Source: Malacoraja senta (Eukaryota). From it: a stretch of DNA of 64,000 bases. This document shows, piece after piece, positions 12,811 through 26,510 of the stretch (position 1 is the stretch's first letter; every line of letters starts with the position of its first letter). The stretch is taken from assembly GCA_038087875.1 (NCBI GenBank), contig JAXLNO010001840.1:62001-126000 (forward strand). Reading direction: 5' to 3'. Below the pieces are notes generated by a model. That model saw only the letters and a program-made list of their open reading frames with translations, was not told the DNA's origin and ran no database searches. Made by a program: the position numbers and the translations under genes.

Positions 12811-13104
12811 TAATCTCCACTGCCTGCATGTGATCCATATCCTTGTATTCCCTGCATACCCACGAGCCTGTCCAAAACCTTCTTAAGCACCATTATCATG
12901 TCCTCCTCTACCACCACTCCTGGTAGCGCATTCTAGGTATCAAGCTCTCTCTGTGAAAAAAACACTTGACCTGCACATCTCGTGTAAATTTTGCCCTTCG
13001 AAGCTTAACGCTGTGCTCTTTTGAAATGTGTGATAGACATGCAATCCCATTAGGGGCTGTCAACTGTGGTCAATAAAATCCATGGTTAACTACTATGAAA
13101 GACA

Positions 13105-13378
13105 TCAATTACACTTTCTCCCTGTCAAACAGGGATGTAATGCTGAGGTTCTATAAGGCGCCAGTCAAACCACATTTGGAGCATTGTGAGCAATTTTGGG
13201 CACCATATCTGAGGAAGGATGTGCTGGCTCTAGAGAGGGTCCAGAGGAGGTGTACAAGAATGATCCCAGGAATGAATGGGTTAACATATGATGACCATTT
13301 GATGGCAGTGGGCCTGTACTTGCTGGAGTTTAGAAGAATAAAGGGGGGACCTCATTGAATCATACAAAATAGTGAAAG
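13105..13378 (+). mobile_element. CR1 fragment
   Basis: HLEHCEQFWAPYLRKD, LYLLEFRR. Confidence 0.85.
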
Positions 13379-13389
13379 TCTGTTTGCCT

Positions 13390-14745
13390 TTTGAAATTGG
13401 TTTGATTATGTTTTCTCCCACAAAATTGCTTTAAAAAACCTATAGTGAAAATCCTATAATATATAGTGGTATACGAATTTGGAAACAATTAAAAAAGACT
13501 TTAAAATTGGATAATTTATCACTCTCTCCCCATTATAAACAACCCTTTATTCAAACCCTCCATGTTGGATAAAGGCTTTACACAATGGAAAAATTATGGA
13601 ATTAAAAAGATTGGTCATCTTTATAGGAAAGGCACTTTTCTTTCATTTCAGGAGTTACAACAGATTTACGGACTACACTCAAATAACTTTTTCAGATATT
13701 TACAACTTAAAGATTACATTAAATCAAATTACAGAACTAGGGAACCAGAAATCCTTGATGAATGTTTGAATAAACATCCTAATACAGAAAATTTAATATC
13801 TCATATTTATAATACCCTCTTAGATAGTGAGGTCTCGCCGACGGATTTATATAGACACACATGGGAAAATGAATTAGGCCAACCCATAACGAAAGATATT
13901 TGGGACGAAAGTCTACAATATATACATCAATGCTCGTTAAATGCCAGACATGCCTTAATACAATTTAAAGTATTACATAGATTACATTATTCTTAAACAA
14001 AATTAAATAGAATCTTCCCACATATCTCTCCTATTTGTGATAAATGCCAGCATTTAGAGGCTAACTTAACTCATACCTTTGTAAATTGTATAAAAATCAA
14101 AAATTTCTGGAAGGACATTTTCAGAATAATTTCTGAAGTAGTCAATACCCAATTGGATCCCGACTAAAAACTAATAATATTAGGAATGTCAGAACAAAGC
14201 CTAAGACTTACAATAAACCAAAGAAACTTTCTTGATTATAGTATAATAATTGGGAAAAAATTAATATTAAAATTTTGGAAAGGTCCTATAACCCCCACAA
14301 TCAAAATGTGGATTATGGAAATGTCAGAGACCTTACATTTGGAAAGAACTAGACTTGTCTTAATTGACAAATTTGAATTATTTAATAGAATTAGGTCTCT
14401 ATTTATTGATTTTTTGAAAGGGTAAATTGGTTCAGCATGGGAATCTGACTGAAATCCAAGCTCAGGATTAGATGAATAGTTATGCTTTATAACTTACGGA
14501 CCTATCTCCAAAGTTGTATTATTGGTAAATTATTCCATTCTTCTTTATCATGCCTTTTTTTAAATTTCTCACTTTCTATCTATAAAACAAAACTAAATAG
14601 AAGCAGATTTAATATACAATTGATAAAGGAGGACCACTATTATTTTGATAGCTGGATTCCCACCTATTAGCAAAGTAGGATTGATATATAAGAAATGTTT
14701 GTATTATGATATGCACATGCTTCTAATAAAAATATATATATATTT
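13390..14745 (+). mobile_element. Older L1/Tx1-type LINE 3' fragment, related to the full-length L1 at 19876
   Basis: IQFKVLHRLHYS and KKLILKFWK, similar to the ORF2 C-terminus near 25620-26089. AT-rich tail. Confidence 0.88.
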
Positions 14746-14749
14746 TTAA

Positions 14750-15105
14750 ACAAATAGTGAAAGGCTTGGATAGATGTGGATGTGGAGAGGATGTCTCCAA
14801 TGGTGGGAGAGTCTACGACGAGAGGTCATAGTCTCAATATTAAAGGACATTCCTTTAGGAAAGAGATGAGGAGGAATTTATTTTGTCAGAGGATGGTGAT
14901 TCTGTGAAATTATTTGCCACAGAAGGCTGTGGAGTCCGTCAATGGATATTTTTAATTCTTGATTAGTATGCAGGTCAGGGGTTATGGGGAGAAGGCAGGA
15001 GAATTGGGTTAGGAGGGAGAGATAGATCAGCCATGATTGACTGGCGAAGTCGACTTGATGGGCCGAATGTTCTAATGCTGCAGCCATCACTTATGACCTT
15101 ATGAC
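14750..15105 (+). mobile_element. CR1 3' end
   Basis: CR1 3' UTR motifs (ggagaaggcagga, gggccgaatg). Confidence 0.8.
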
Positions 15106-15392
15106 TCAGTTGGCTTCCTCCATGTGCTCCAGTTTTGTCCAATATACCAAAGACGTGCCAGTGAGTTAGTTGGACATTGCAAATTATCCGTCGTGGAGCT
15201 GAATGCAAGGAGAATCCAAGGGAGCTGAGTGCAAGTTGTGAGAGAGAGCTGTGGAACAGTTTGTCGACATTGCGTAGAAAACTAGCATAGAATCAATGGG
15301 CCGAATGACCTTTCCCTCTGTCATGATTGGGTCAGAGATAATATTACTCATTGCCTACCATTGCAAAACAACATCCTTTGTTCTGAACTCAC

Positions 15393-15668
15393 CTTTTCTG
15401 GTCAGGAATGTCTTTCCAATTGCATAGTATGTAAGCCATAGATCCACACAGTCATGTTCTAACAAGCTCTTGAAATAACGGTTCATTTTTTCATTCTTGT
15501 CCCATTTCTCTTTGAAGGGCTCAGCTATTGGATCATGCACCGTCCACTTTAGCTTGTCCTTATCAAAACTAAATGCATAACTTCCATCAAAAGCCAACTT
15601 CAATATCCCTACAGTGGGACTGTGATCGTTCACCTCACAACCAAACTGTCCTTGAACGTAGTGATAAT
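15393..15668 (-). CDS. MHC class I-like gene, alpha2 exon (276 nt, open)
   Basis: Acceptor tttcag|AT, donor G|gtgagt, phase 1-1. YHYVQGQFGCEV...LAFDG...KLKW...KEKWD...HDCVDLWLTYYAIGK keeps the C101-C164 pair, W133, K146 and W147. Confidence 0.93.
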
Positions 15669-15804
15669 CTGAAATAAAAATAAAAATAATTATTTGATTA
15701 ATTGTTATGACTGGGTAATTTCTGAACACCAGGGTCCAAGTCATTTATATATGTCACAACTAGCAAGGGTCACAGCACAGATCCCTGCAGAACTCTACTT
15801 GTCA

Positions 15805-16285
15805 CTGAACTACAGCCTGAATATTTGTCTTTCCGTGCAACTGTAGAGACCATATTATTGTATGGGTGTGAGGCATGGACTCTCACTCCAGCACTGTCCT
15901 AGACTCTCGATGGTACCTACACCCGAATGCTCGGAAAAGTTCAAAATGCAGATGGAGGGACCACATCACCAACGCCCAGCTCTATGGGGAGAATCCACCT
16001 CTGACCGAGAAGATCACGTTGAGAAGGATGAGGCTCGCAGGTCTCTGGCTCCGCCACCCAGAAATGCCAGCAAACAAGGTTGTGCTGTGGGAACCCACCC
16101 ATGGAAGACTTGACCCAGGATGGCCAATCAAGACGATGGTGAAGACGTTGATGGAAAACGCATGTGTAGAGATAAACGAGGCGCCTGCCAGCTGCATGGA
16201 GGACAGAGATGTGTGGTGCGCCCGTCACCGTGCCCATCGGAAACCAGCATGGCACTAATGTTTTCATCGATTATTATTATCATCC
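15805..16285 (+). mobile_element. RTE-type LINE 3' end
   Basis: LLYGCEAWTL, RRMRLAGLWLRHPEMPANKVVLWEPTHG, and a short (ATT)n tail. Confidence 0.8.
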
Positions 16286-16399
16286 ACTACACCCCTCTGT
16301 CCTGGGGATTTATCCACATTTCTCTTCAAGTGATCCAACATCTCCTTCTTGCTTAACTTCAAAGTGTCCCTGCATGTTAGCATTCTTCACATTGATTCT

Positions 16400-17160
16400 C
16401 CATGTGTAAGAAAGAACTGCAGATGCTGCAGATGTTAAAATCGAAGAGAGACACAAAATGCTGGCGTAACTCAGCGGGTCAGGCAGCTTCTTCAGACTGA
16501 TGTCAGGGGAGGGACAAAGATAGAATGTCGGCGGAGACAGTAAGACTGGTGGCAGAATTGGGAAGGGGGAGGGGATGGAGAGAGAAATCAAGGGCTATCG
16601 AAAGTATTAGAAGTCAATGCTCATACCGCTGGAGTATAGACTATCCAAGCGAAATATGAGGTGCTGTTCCTCCAATTTGGGCTGGGCCTCACTCTGACAA
16701 TGGAGGAGGCCCAGGACAGAAAGGTCAGATTGGGAATGGGAGGGGGAGTTGAAGTGCTGAGCCACCGGGAGATCGGGTAGGGTAAGACGGACTGAGCGGA
16801 AGTGTTCAGCAAAACGATCGCCGCGCCTGCGCTTGGTCTCACTGATGTAGAGAAGTTGACAACTGAAACAGCGGATACAGTACATGAGGTTGGAAGAGGT
16901 GCAAGTGAACTTCTGCCTCACCTGGAAAGACTTTAGGTCCTTGGATGGAGTCGAGGGGGGACGTAAAGGGACAGGTGTTGCATCTCCTGCGGTTGCAGGG
17001 GAAAGTATCCGGGGAGCGGGTGGTTTGGGTGTGAAGGGACGAGTTGACCAGGGAGTTTCGGAGGGAAAGGTCTCTGCGGAAAGCAGAAAGGGGTGGAGAT
17101 GGGAAGATGTGACCAGTAGTGGGATCCCATTGGAGGTGGCAGAAATGTTGGAGGATTTTA
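16400..17160 (-). mobile_element. Penelope-like element fragment (GIY-YIG endonuclease and terminus)
   Basis: FTCTSSNLMYCIRC...LYISETKRR.GDRFAEH...PVAQHF. Confidence 0.9.
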
Positions 17161-17329
17161 TGATGTACTTACTATTAATGGTCCTTACTATTCTACATGT
17201 CTTCCTTGGTGAAACCAAACCTCGCCTATATCCACAAACCAAGCACATATTCCCTTCTATATCCTTAAGCAATCCACCTTTTGCTGCAATGGTTGCCTCG
17301 CCAACAGTATGTCTGTCCCTTCCTTCTTT

Positions 17330-17985
17330 GTGTCCATTTTGTACGTGTTAAATGTATATTCTTCAGTGTTCTTAAGCTTGTTTTTTGGGCGGGGGGGGGG
17401 GGGGTGGGGGAGTTGTGTGAAACTTTTCCTAATCTCTTACCTCGACGTTGATGCGATATTTTCTGTATCGTATCTCCGTCCACAATGCGGCCTAACATTG
17501 AGGAATGCCGGCCTTTGCTAGAGATCGACCGGGAGATCCATCGCAGGAGCCTGTGGACTTACCATCATGGAGCTCGCAATCCTTGTCAGGGATCGACTTT
17601 AGAGCTCCAACTGTGAGAGCCTGCAAGACTTTAACATCGCGGAGCCTGCGGTCCTCGGTCGAGACCGACATCCGGGATCTCCAAGCCGCAGGAGTTTCGA
17701 CCGCACCGATGTGGGAGTTTCGATTCCCCAACGGGGGTTTCGACCACCGACTGCAGATTATTTGACTGCCCAGACCGCGGGAGATAAAGAGGAAGGAGAT
17801 TAGACTTTATTGCCTTCTATCACAGTGAGGAACGTGCGGGCTCCTCTGTTGTGGATGTTTATGTTAACTTTTACGTTATTGTGTGTCTTGTTGCTTTTTT
17901 TTTGTATGGTGTATGGTAGTCTGCATTTCAATGTACCTTAATTGGTATATGTGACAACAAACTAACCATGAAACCTTGAAAAAGA
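17330..17985 (+). repeat. Unclassified interspersed repeat with LINE-like 3' tail, related to 27060-27430
   Basis: Shared ccttcYaYcacagtgaRgaa...gtggatgttt...gtgaYRaMWaaactR blocks. Confidence 0.55.
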
Positions 17986-18062
17986 TGTGGGATTTTCTGT
18001 AATCTGACTTACTAAAGCCACTTTGTGGCCTTTATTAGCCCCTTTAGTTTTAAGCTTTAGAG

Positions 18063-19864
18063 CAGTGGTTCTTAACCTTTTTGGCCCCACGACCCCATCG
18101 GGCATTCTTGATCAGTACCGTGACCTCTGAAACAAAATTTGAAAAAAAACAGCCCGATTTATTAAAACATGTCAGCCAATGCTCAGTCAATGGGATGTCT
18201 GAAATTGCTTCGCAGTCATCAGGCAATCAAAACGAGCACGAATGCTCGACAGGCAGCATCTCATGTCAGTGTCGATCACAAACCTATTGAGTACCTTCGT
18301 TTTCAGAGTTACCATAGTTGAGAATCCACCCTCACAGTGAGAGGTTGAGGGGGACTGGACCAATAGGGTCAGGGCCCTCTTAGAAAGAGCAGGACAGTCC
18401 TTCACTTTCAGCCAAAACGTGGCGAGCTCTTGTTCCATGAAGTCACTCTTGAGTTGCGCATCTTCACAAATTCGGTAAAATTCAACCTTCGCAGTTACAT
18501 CAGTATCACTGATGCCACCGTCTTCAACGGAAAAGGGTCGGATGATCCACTCATCATGAGAGCAGTCGTCCAGTCTGGGGAAGTAACGTTCGATGGCTTC
18601 ACTAATTGCCAGAAGGTGGGTTGAGATCTCCTCATGGAAGTGGCATTCAGCATCAGGCATAGCATCCAGGAGAGTCATCATCTCAGGGAAGATAGTCGAG
18701 TCACCGTCCTGGACTCTTCTCTGGTAAAGGTTCCTCCTGAATGCTGCCACTTTGCCATTGGAAGGTTTCCTTGAAGTGACAGGTTCAAGGAATTCACCTC
18801 GGTGAAGAAGTCAGCCAAGTAAGCAACCTTCATCACGAACAGTTCAACCTGCATCTTTTCATGAAGCTGATTCTCCTTCTCAGTACCCCTTCTCTCCAAG
18901 AACGCTATTTCCTCTCAACGTTGAATCACATGATTGAGAACTTTACCACGCAAAAGCCAGCGCACTTCTGTGTGGAATAACAGAATAGTGAAATCGGCGC
19001 CCATTTCTTCACACATCGCTTTGAAGATTCTTGAGTTTGTTGCACTCTCTCGGATGTGGTTCACAATCTTCACCACATCTGAAAGCACTTCTCGAAGACC
19101 AAGAGGGAGAGTCTTCATCGCTAAAGCATGGCGATGTATCATGCAGTGGGTGAAGGAGACATGGGGAGCGACATCCTTCACGAAGGCTTGGAAACCGGAT
19201 CTGCAACCGACCATGGAAGGTGCCCCAACTGTACACATCCCGACAAGGCATTCCCAGCCTAGCTCATGTTTGATGAGGAAGGCTTCCAGCATTCTGAACA
19301 CATCTTCTCCCCGAGTGGTAGTAGCCAATGGCTCCGAGACAATGGCTCCGAGAACAGGTACTCCTCCTCCTCCGTCATGGCTTTTCCATTGAGGTAACAA
19401 ACGTAGACTAGCAGTTGGGAACATGAGGCAACATCTGTTGACTCGCCCAGTTGCAGTGAATACACTGGACTGCTCGTCACAGCCCTCACTACTTGCAGCA
19501 GAATATCATTACTCCATATCCGAGATTCAACTTTTGACTGTGTCATTCAAAAGGGAAATCTGCCTGAACTTGTTTGACTGCTGTTCCCCCAGCACCAACT
19601 TTGCTGCTTCGAGAAGGCATGGCTTGATAAGCTCTTCACCGATGCTGTGAGGTTTCTTAGTCTGTGCGATTCGATAAGCAATCCGGTATGAAGCCTCCAA
19701 CGCTGCTTCATTTTGATGAGCGCAGTGACCCGTTGAATACATGCGGGAACCCTTGAGTACGGCTTCTTTTCGTTTGAAAGAGTCCACGCTCTTCCCCGCC
19801 AGGTTACTGTGACAAGACTCCAAATGGATCTTCAGTTTGCTGGGCTTCATGCTCTCGTGACTCT
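18063..19864 (-). mobile_element. hAT (Charlie/Buster-type) transposon, degenerate transposase, 3' part
   Basis: TIR CAGTGGTTCTTAACCTTTT at 18063 flanked by CTTTAGAG. Frameshifted ORFs MKPSKLKIHL, LGESTDV, HCMIHRHAL, HTEVRWL, CEGGFS. Confidence 0.92.
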
Positions 19865-19875
19865 AAACCTTGCCA

Positions 19876-22800
19876 CTTCCGGTTGCGACATGCTCTGCTA
19901 GCAGTCGCAAACTTTTTAGCTCCGCTGAAAAAAATCGCGTTTTTTCGCGTTAAAATCGGGTCTGGAGGTCGGGACCGTTTTTTTAAAAACTTACCGGAGC
20001 TTCATGTCGCGGTGCTGATGACGTCATCAGTAAGCGCCGCGATTTTAACGGAGGGAAAGTCATTTTAAATGAAAAGTACATCTCCAGGTCAGAGCCCACA
20101 GAGGAAAATCTCAAAACATCTGCTGAAGACTCTGGAACAGCAAGAAACTTCAGAACTGACCTCTGGAGAGGTCTCTGGAATGGCTACTCGATCTGCAAAA
20201 GAGAAAATCGAAATGGAGGACTTAAGAAACTCGGTAAGAGATATCAAAAATGATATGGAAGCTGGGAACAGTAAATTGATAGCCGGTAATGATAAAATAC
20301 TTGAGGGTATTGAGGCTCTCCAAAAAAAGAATTGAAGGTGTGGAAAAAGGACTATCGATAAAAATTGAAAAGGTGGCAGAAGAGACCACAAAGATGTTTG
20401 AGGCTGTGCACGAAACTGTGGCTGCAAATGCATCTGCAGTGAATGATTTGGAAGCTGCTGTGGAAGTGATGGCTGGAGAGATGCAGACTATGAAGTCAGA
20501 AATAGATAGTCTCAAGAACCAAGTCACAAAGGTTTCGAATAAATGTGTTGACCTAGAAGCTCGCCTCAAGACGTCAAAATATAAGAATACGTGGTGTAAA
20601 AAGAGGGAGCTGAGGGGGACAATGTTTGTGAGTTCGCTGCCAACCTAATTAAACACGTACTGAAGCTACCAGAAGTACCTGTAATTGAAGTAGCACATCG
20701 ACTCCCCAGATTTAAATCAAGATCTCAAGGAGAACGTGCCTACCCACGACAGATCATAATTAAACTTCGGGATATCTCAACAATGGAAGCGCTGATGAAA
20801 AAAATCAACCACGGAGAGAAGATGATGTACAGAGGTGATACTATTAAACTCCTACGGGACTACCCTTATGAGATTGAGCAAAAGAGAAGAAAGTTCTCAC
20901 AGACCAGAGAAGTTCTTTATGGTGTTAAGGGAGTTTTGTGTGGAGTGTTTTATCCGGCTAGAATGCGTATCACCTTTGAGGGAGTGTCAAAAACATTCAC
21001 TAATTCGGATGAATCTCTCAAATACGCTCAAGAAATCGCGACTAAGGCTGCATCAACTGGAGACTGAAAACCAAGACGACATGAACAAACGAACTTGCTT
21101 ATTCTTCCAACAAGAGTATCACAAGGAAAGTGAATTAACTGAAACACTGATTTTTTATTTTTTATTTGACTTCAAGCAACAGATTCTTAGTGAGACGTGG
21201 CTAGACATTATTATCTTCGCTGGAACATTGTGCTATGTAATTTCAAGGACACTACGTGCTCAAACGAGGAAAACCTGATAACGGGACGAACTGCTGGGCT
21301 GAGAGTGAAAAACATCACATGGCTTATATTGTTTATAAAAAAACTGAAAAAACTGAGAACTAATAATAATTAACAATTAACAATACTAATATAGAAATAG
21401 CAATTGAAATAGATAAAAAATGTGCAGTCTGCTCTGTTTAGCAGATAACAGCAAGTGCTATGCAGCTCGAGAGTGGAGGGAGGGGGGAGACCGGGTACCT
21501 GGCATAACTCCAGGAGCCAGACTCCCGTTTAACCCTTCCAGCGAACAGCTCATTTTTAACAATATTAAAATCAATTTAAAATAGTTAAGAGATAATATAC
21601 ACTCGAGGTTGATATGAAAAAATATATACGGCGTTATATAGTTTTACAAAATGCTGAGAATTAATCATAATTAATAATTAACAATACTAATATAGAAATA
21701 ATATTTGAAACTGATAAAACTGTGGTGCCTGCGTCATAACGCAGACAGCAGTTATCACCTATGTTCGCAGCTCGTGGAGAGGAGAGGAGATCAGGCACCT
21801 GGCACAATTCCAGGAACCTGACTCCGGTTAATCCACTCAGTAAACCGCTCACTTTAACAATACTAAATTCATTTTAAAATAGTTAAGAGATAAAGAGTGA
21901 GTAGGATATGGAATCGAATACATTTGACATATATATAAATTGTAACTGGGTGAAAATAGAACTGAATTGGAAACGGTAATGACCCCATAGATTTTGGGTA
22001 ATAAATACAGCGGGGCTAACTTTATACCAACTACGCCGGAAGCGTTATGGATGTCGTACCCCACAGACGAGTGGGCCACTCACTACGGTGTTGAAATTTT
22101 AGACACCGTAAATTTATTTGATTTATATATTTTTTTTTTAATCACAATATGTCACATCTGTGTGTTTTTTCTTCAAGACAATCGCGCAGGAGAACTACCA
22201 AGGAAGTCTATAATAGAAATACTCCCAAAATAACCAGAGTCCGGAGGTATGAACGCACCACAATAATTAAGGTCATTAAAATTGGTAAAAATGCATGACG
22301 ACAATCAAAAGAAAATAGGAGGAATCACATTTATGTAGTTGGAAATATAAGGGGGATTAATTGAACCTATTAAAAGGGGCAAGATACTAGCTCAGTTGAA
22401 ATCATACAACACGGACATAGCGTTTCTACAGGAAACACATCTTAAACAGCAAGATCAGACAAGACTGAGGGCGAACTGGATAGGCCAAACATTTCACTCT
22501 TCATTTACCTCCAAATCTAGAGGTACTGCAATTATTATTCGTAAAAGGAATTCCATTTAAATCAAAGAACACTATTTTAGATAAGGAAGGGAGATATCTT
22601 ATAGTAGCAGGGGAGATCAATAATATGCCAATTACGCTGGTAAACATATATGCGCCCAACTTTGATAACCCTCAATTTTTTTAATAAAATTCTGAATATA
22701 ATTGCAGAATCTAATTATCAAAATGTTATAATCGGAGGAGATTTTAATTGTGTTTTAGATCCTTATTTAGATAAATCGATGCAAAAACAAAAAGGTCAGA

Positions 22801-25800
22801 CGAAAATCTAAAACCAGTGAACTCTTACACACATAATATGGAAAACACAAATATAACAGATGTATGGAGGATTGCAAACCCGACGGGAAGGGATTACTCG
22901 TTTTATTCAATGGTGCATAAAACATATTCACGGATAGACTATTTTCTAGTGGATACAAAATTAATTTCGCAATCTCTGAATCCTAAATATCATATTAATG
23001 CGATCTCAGATCATTCTCCGTTAACTTTTGTTCTAAAACTAGAAGGAATGTCTATGAATAAACCGTTCTGGAGGTTTAACTCACAAATTTTAAAAGACCC
23101 TCAAGGGAGTATCTATCTAAAAAAACAGATGGATCTATTTTTTGAGTTAAATGATACACCAGAGATATCCCCCACGTTATTATGGGAATCCTTCAAAGCA
23201 TTTATAAGAGGAGTCATTATTTCATTTCAAGCTTATCAAAATAAAAAGAATAAGAATGAACAAAGACACTTAGAAGATCAAATAAAACAGTTAGATATAG
23301 ATAATGCTAAAGACCCAACTATGGATAAACATAATAAAATACTACTACTGAAATTTCAGTTAAATAAATTACTGTCAGAGAAAGTTATAACATTATTTCA
23401 AATCACAAAACAAGAACACTTCGAATTCGGGACAAACCCCACAAACTTCTAGCACGACAACTTAAAAAACGGGAAAAAGAGAATGCAATATTAAAGATTA
23501 AATCAGATAGAGGGGAAGTATTAACACTACCCAAGGATATTAATAAAAGATTTGCTCAATTTTACCAGAATCTATACACATCTAAAACGTCAATAGACAA
23601 TAATAAAATCTCAGAATTTTTAGATAATTGTAATCTACCACAATTAGAACGCAGGGAACAAGAGGAACTGGGAGCACAAATTACTTCTAAGGAGATAGAA
23701 GACACAATAAAAACACTAAAAAATGGAAAAACACCAGGACCAGACGGATTCAGTAATGAATTTTATAAATCTTTTTATGATATAGTTACTCCACGATTAC
23801 AAAAAATGTATACATATGCTTTATAAAGAGCAAAACCTACCTGAAACACTAGCGGAATCAACGATCATATTAATACTTAAAAAAGATAAAAATATAGAAG
23901 AACCAGGATCATATAGAGCTATTGCTTTGTTAAATACGGATCAGAAAATAATAGCAAAAACATTAGCCAATAGATTAAGCAAGTATGTTAGTAGACTAAT
24001 ACATGAGGATCAAACAGGATTTATACCTAAGAGACACTCATTTAATAATTTGAGACGTTTGCTTAACATAATGCATTCACATAAATCTTATGACCAAGAG
24101 TTAGCTATCATCTCACTGGACGCAGAAAAAGCGTTTGATCAAGTAGAATGGGACTATATGATCAAAGTATTGCAAAAATTCCAATTGGGAGAAAACTTTA
24201 TTGCATGGATAAAACTACTATATAACAAACCTACGGCTAGAATACTAACTAATAATATATTATCTTCAAAATTCGAATTATCTAGGGGCAACAGACAAGG
24301 ATGTTCACTATCACCGCTGTTATTTGCTTTGGTAATTGAACCCCTTGCTGAAAAAATAAGAACACACTCGAATATTCACGGTTATAACACAAAATATTCA
24401 AACAACAAACTATCCCTATATGCTGATGATGTACTACTGTACATCACAAAACCACAAATTAGTATACCAAATATATTAAACTTAATTGAGGACTTTGGAT
24501 CCTTTTCAGGATATAGAATAAATTGGAACAAAAGTGAAATTATGTCGATTAAACCAAAAGACTCAACACATCTCAGGAAATTCCCTTTTAAAATAGCTAT
24601 GGAAAAATTCAAATATTTAGGAATTGAGATTACTAGAAATTACCATGATATGTTTAAAGCTAATTATAATCCCCTACTTAAGAAATTAAATAATCTGATT
24701 AAATTTTGGAAAACACTTCCGATGTCTTTAATAGGTAGGATAAATGCTATAAAAATGATTTTCTTACCACAAATCCTTTACCTATTTCAATCAATACCTA
24801 TATATCTCCCAAAAAAGTTTTTCAAAAAACTGGACTCAGACATTACAAATTTTATATGGGATTACAAATCCCACAGAATACAAAGAACACACCTTAACAA
24901 ACGAAAAGAGTTGGGGGGTCTAGCGCTCCCTAACTTTATGTATTATAACTGGGCAGTAAATATTAAAAATATGATTCACCTGCTGGACAATTCTGCCCAG
25001 CAGGTGGACTGGATTATAATGGAAAAAGGGGATTGCTCCCCGAATAATATAGGAGCGATTATTCTCTCTCCAATAAATTTGAATAATAAAAATTATAATA
25101 AAAATCCAATTATATATAGCACTATTAGAACATGGAAGCAAATAAAACAGAATCTAAAATTAAGAAACCTATCTCTCTTAATACCAATAGTCAATAACCC
25201 ATCGTTTAAACCTTCAATCATAGATAAAGCATTTATACAATGGGAAAGAATGGGAATTAAAACGCTCGAAGATCTGTATGAATTAGAAAAATTACTATCA
25301 TTCCAACAACTACAACTGAAATATAATTTGAAAAATAATCAATATTTTAAATATATACAAATCTGTGACTATTTGAAAACACACACAAAAGATTATTATA
25401 ATATGCCTTCCGACTTACTAGATGAAGCAATGAAGACAAAGGCGGAATCAGTTAATTTAATATCATACTTATATAATATCATCTTAAATATAGAAATACC
25501 CACAACAGATGGAATTAGAAGAGATTGGGAACAAGATCTAGGTATAAAAATTTCAAAAGAGAGTTGGGATAATCATTTATTACAGGTGCATAAATGCTCG
25601 ATCAACGTACGACATACGCTTATCCAATTTAAAACATTACATAGATTATATTATTCAAAAACCAAACTAAATAAAATCTTTCCTAACGTCTCACCAATCT
25701 GTGATAAATGTATATGTCAAGAAGCTACCATAGCACATTCTTTTGTTTTTTGTACAAAAATCCAAAAATTCTGGTTTGAAATATTTGATATTTTTTCAAA

Positions 25801-26502
25801 ATTAATCAAAATAAAACTGGTACCAAAACCAGAATGGATTATTTTTGGAATATCGGAAGGTATTCCTGAATTAAACGTGTATCAGAAGAATTTACTCAAT
25901 TATGGGCTAATAATGGGAAAAAAGCTTATACTTAAATTCTGGAAAAATGCGCCCACACCAACAATAAAAATGTGGACATCAAATATGTTGGAAACATTAC
26001 ATCTGGAAGAGATGAGATTCCTCCTAGTAGGCAAAGTAGATCAATTTCAAAAGACGTGGTCTACGTTTTTGGACCTATTACAAGCATGAGGTGCAATAGT
26101 AATTTAGAAAAACAAATAAATAAATAAAAGGTATCTGGACCTGGTAATGGGAGGTAAAATAAAAACAGACTTGGTTGGTAGTTCCTTCTCTATGAAGTAT
26201 GGTATAAGAGTTATAATAGAGCGATTGTTCCTTCTTTCTTTCTCTTTTTTTTTCTAGGGTCTATTTTCTAACTTTACTTCCTTCTCTAACCTCTTTTCTA
26301 AGGGGCTTTCTTTTCCCAACACTCTTTTGCACTTCACAACCTTTGCGCACTTTCTCCACTTTTCTTACTTCTTTCTTTTTCTTTCTTAAAGTTTAAAAAA
26401 GTGAAGCGGTACAAAAAATGTATTAATATATACGCGTTGTACATTACTGTAACCTACCGTACTTCTAAAAAATAAAAAAATAAAAAATAAAAAAAAAAAA
26501 AA
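19876..26502 (+). mobile_element. Apparently full-length L1/Tx1-type LINE (5' UTR, ORF1 about 20069-21067, long spacer, ORF2 about 22295-26089, poly-A)
   Basis: Coiled-coil ORF1 with YPARMRI. APE and RT motifs (SRIDYFLV, SLDAEKAFD, RQGCSLSP, LYADD). Poly-A tail. TSD AAACCTTG at 19865-19872 and 26503-26510. ORFs broken by single-base indels and some stops. Confidence 0.95.
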
Positions 26503-26510
26503 AAACCTTG

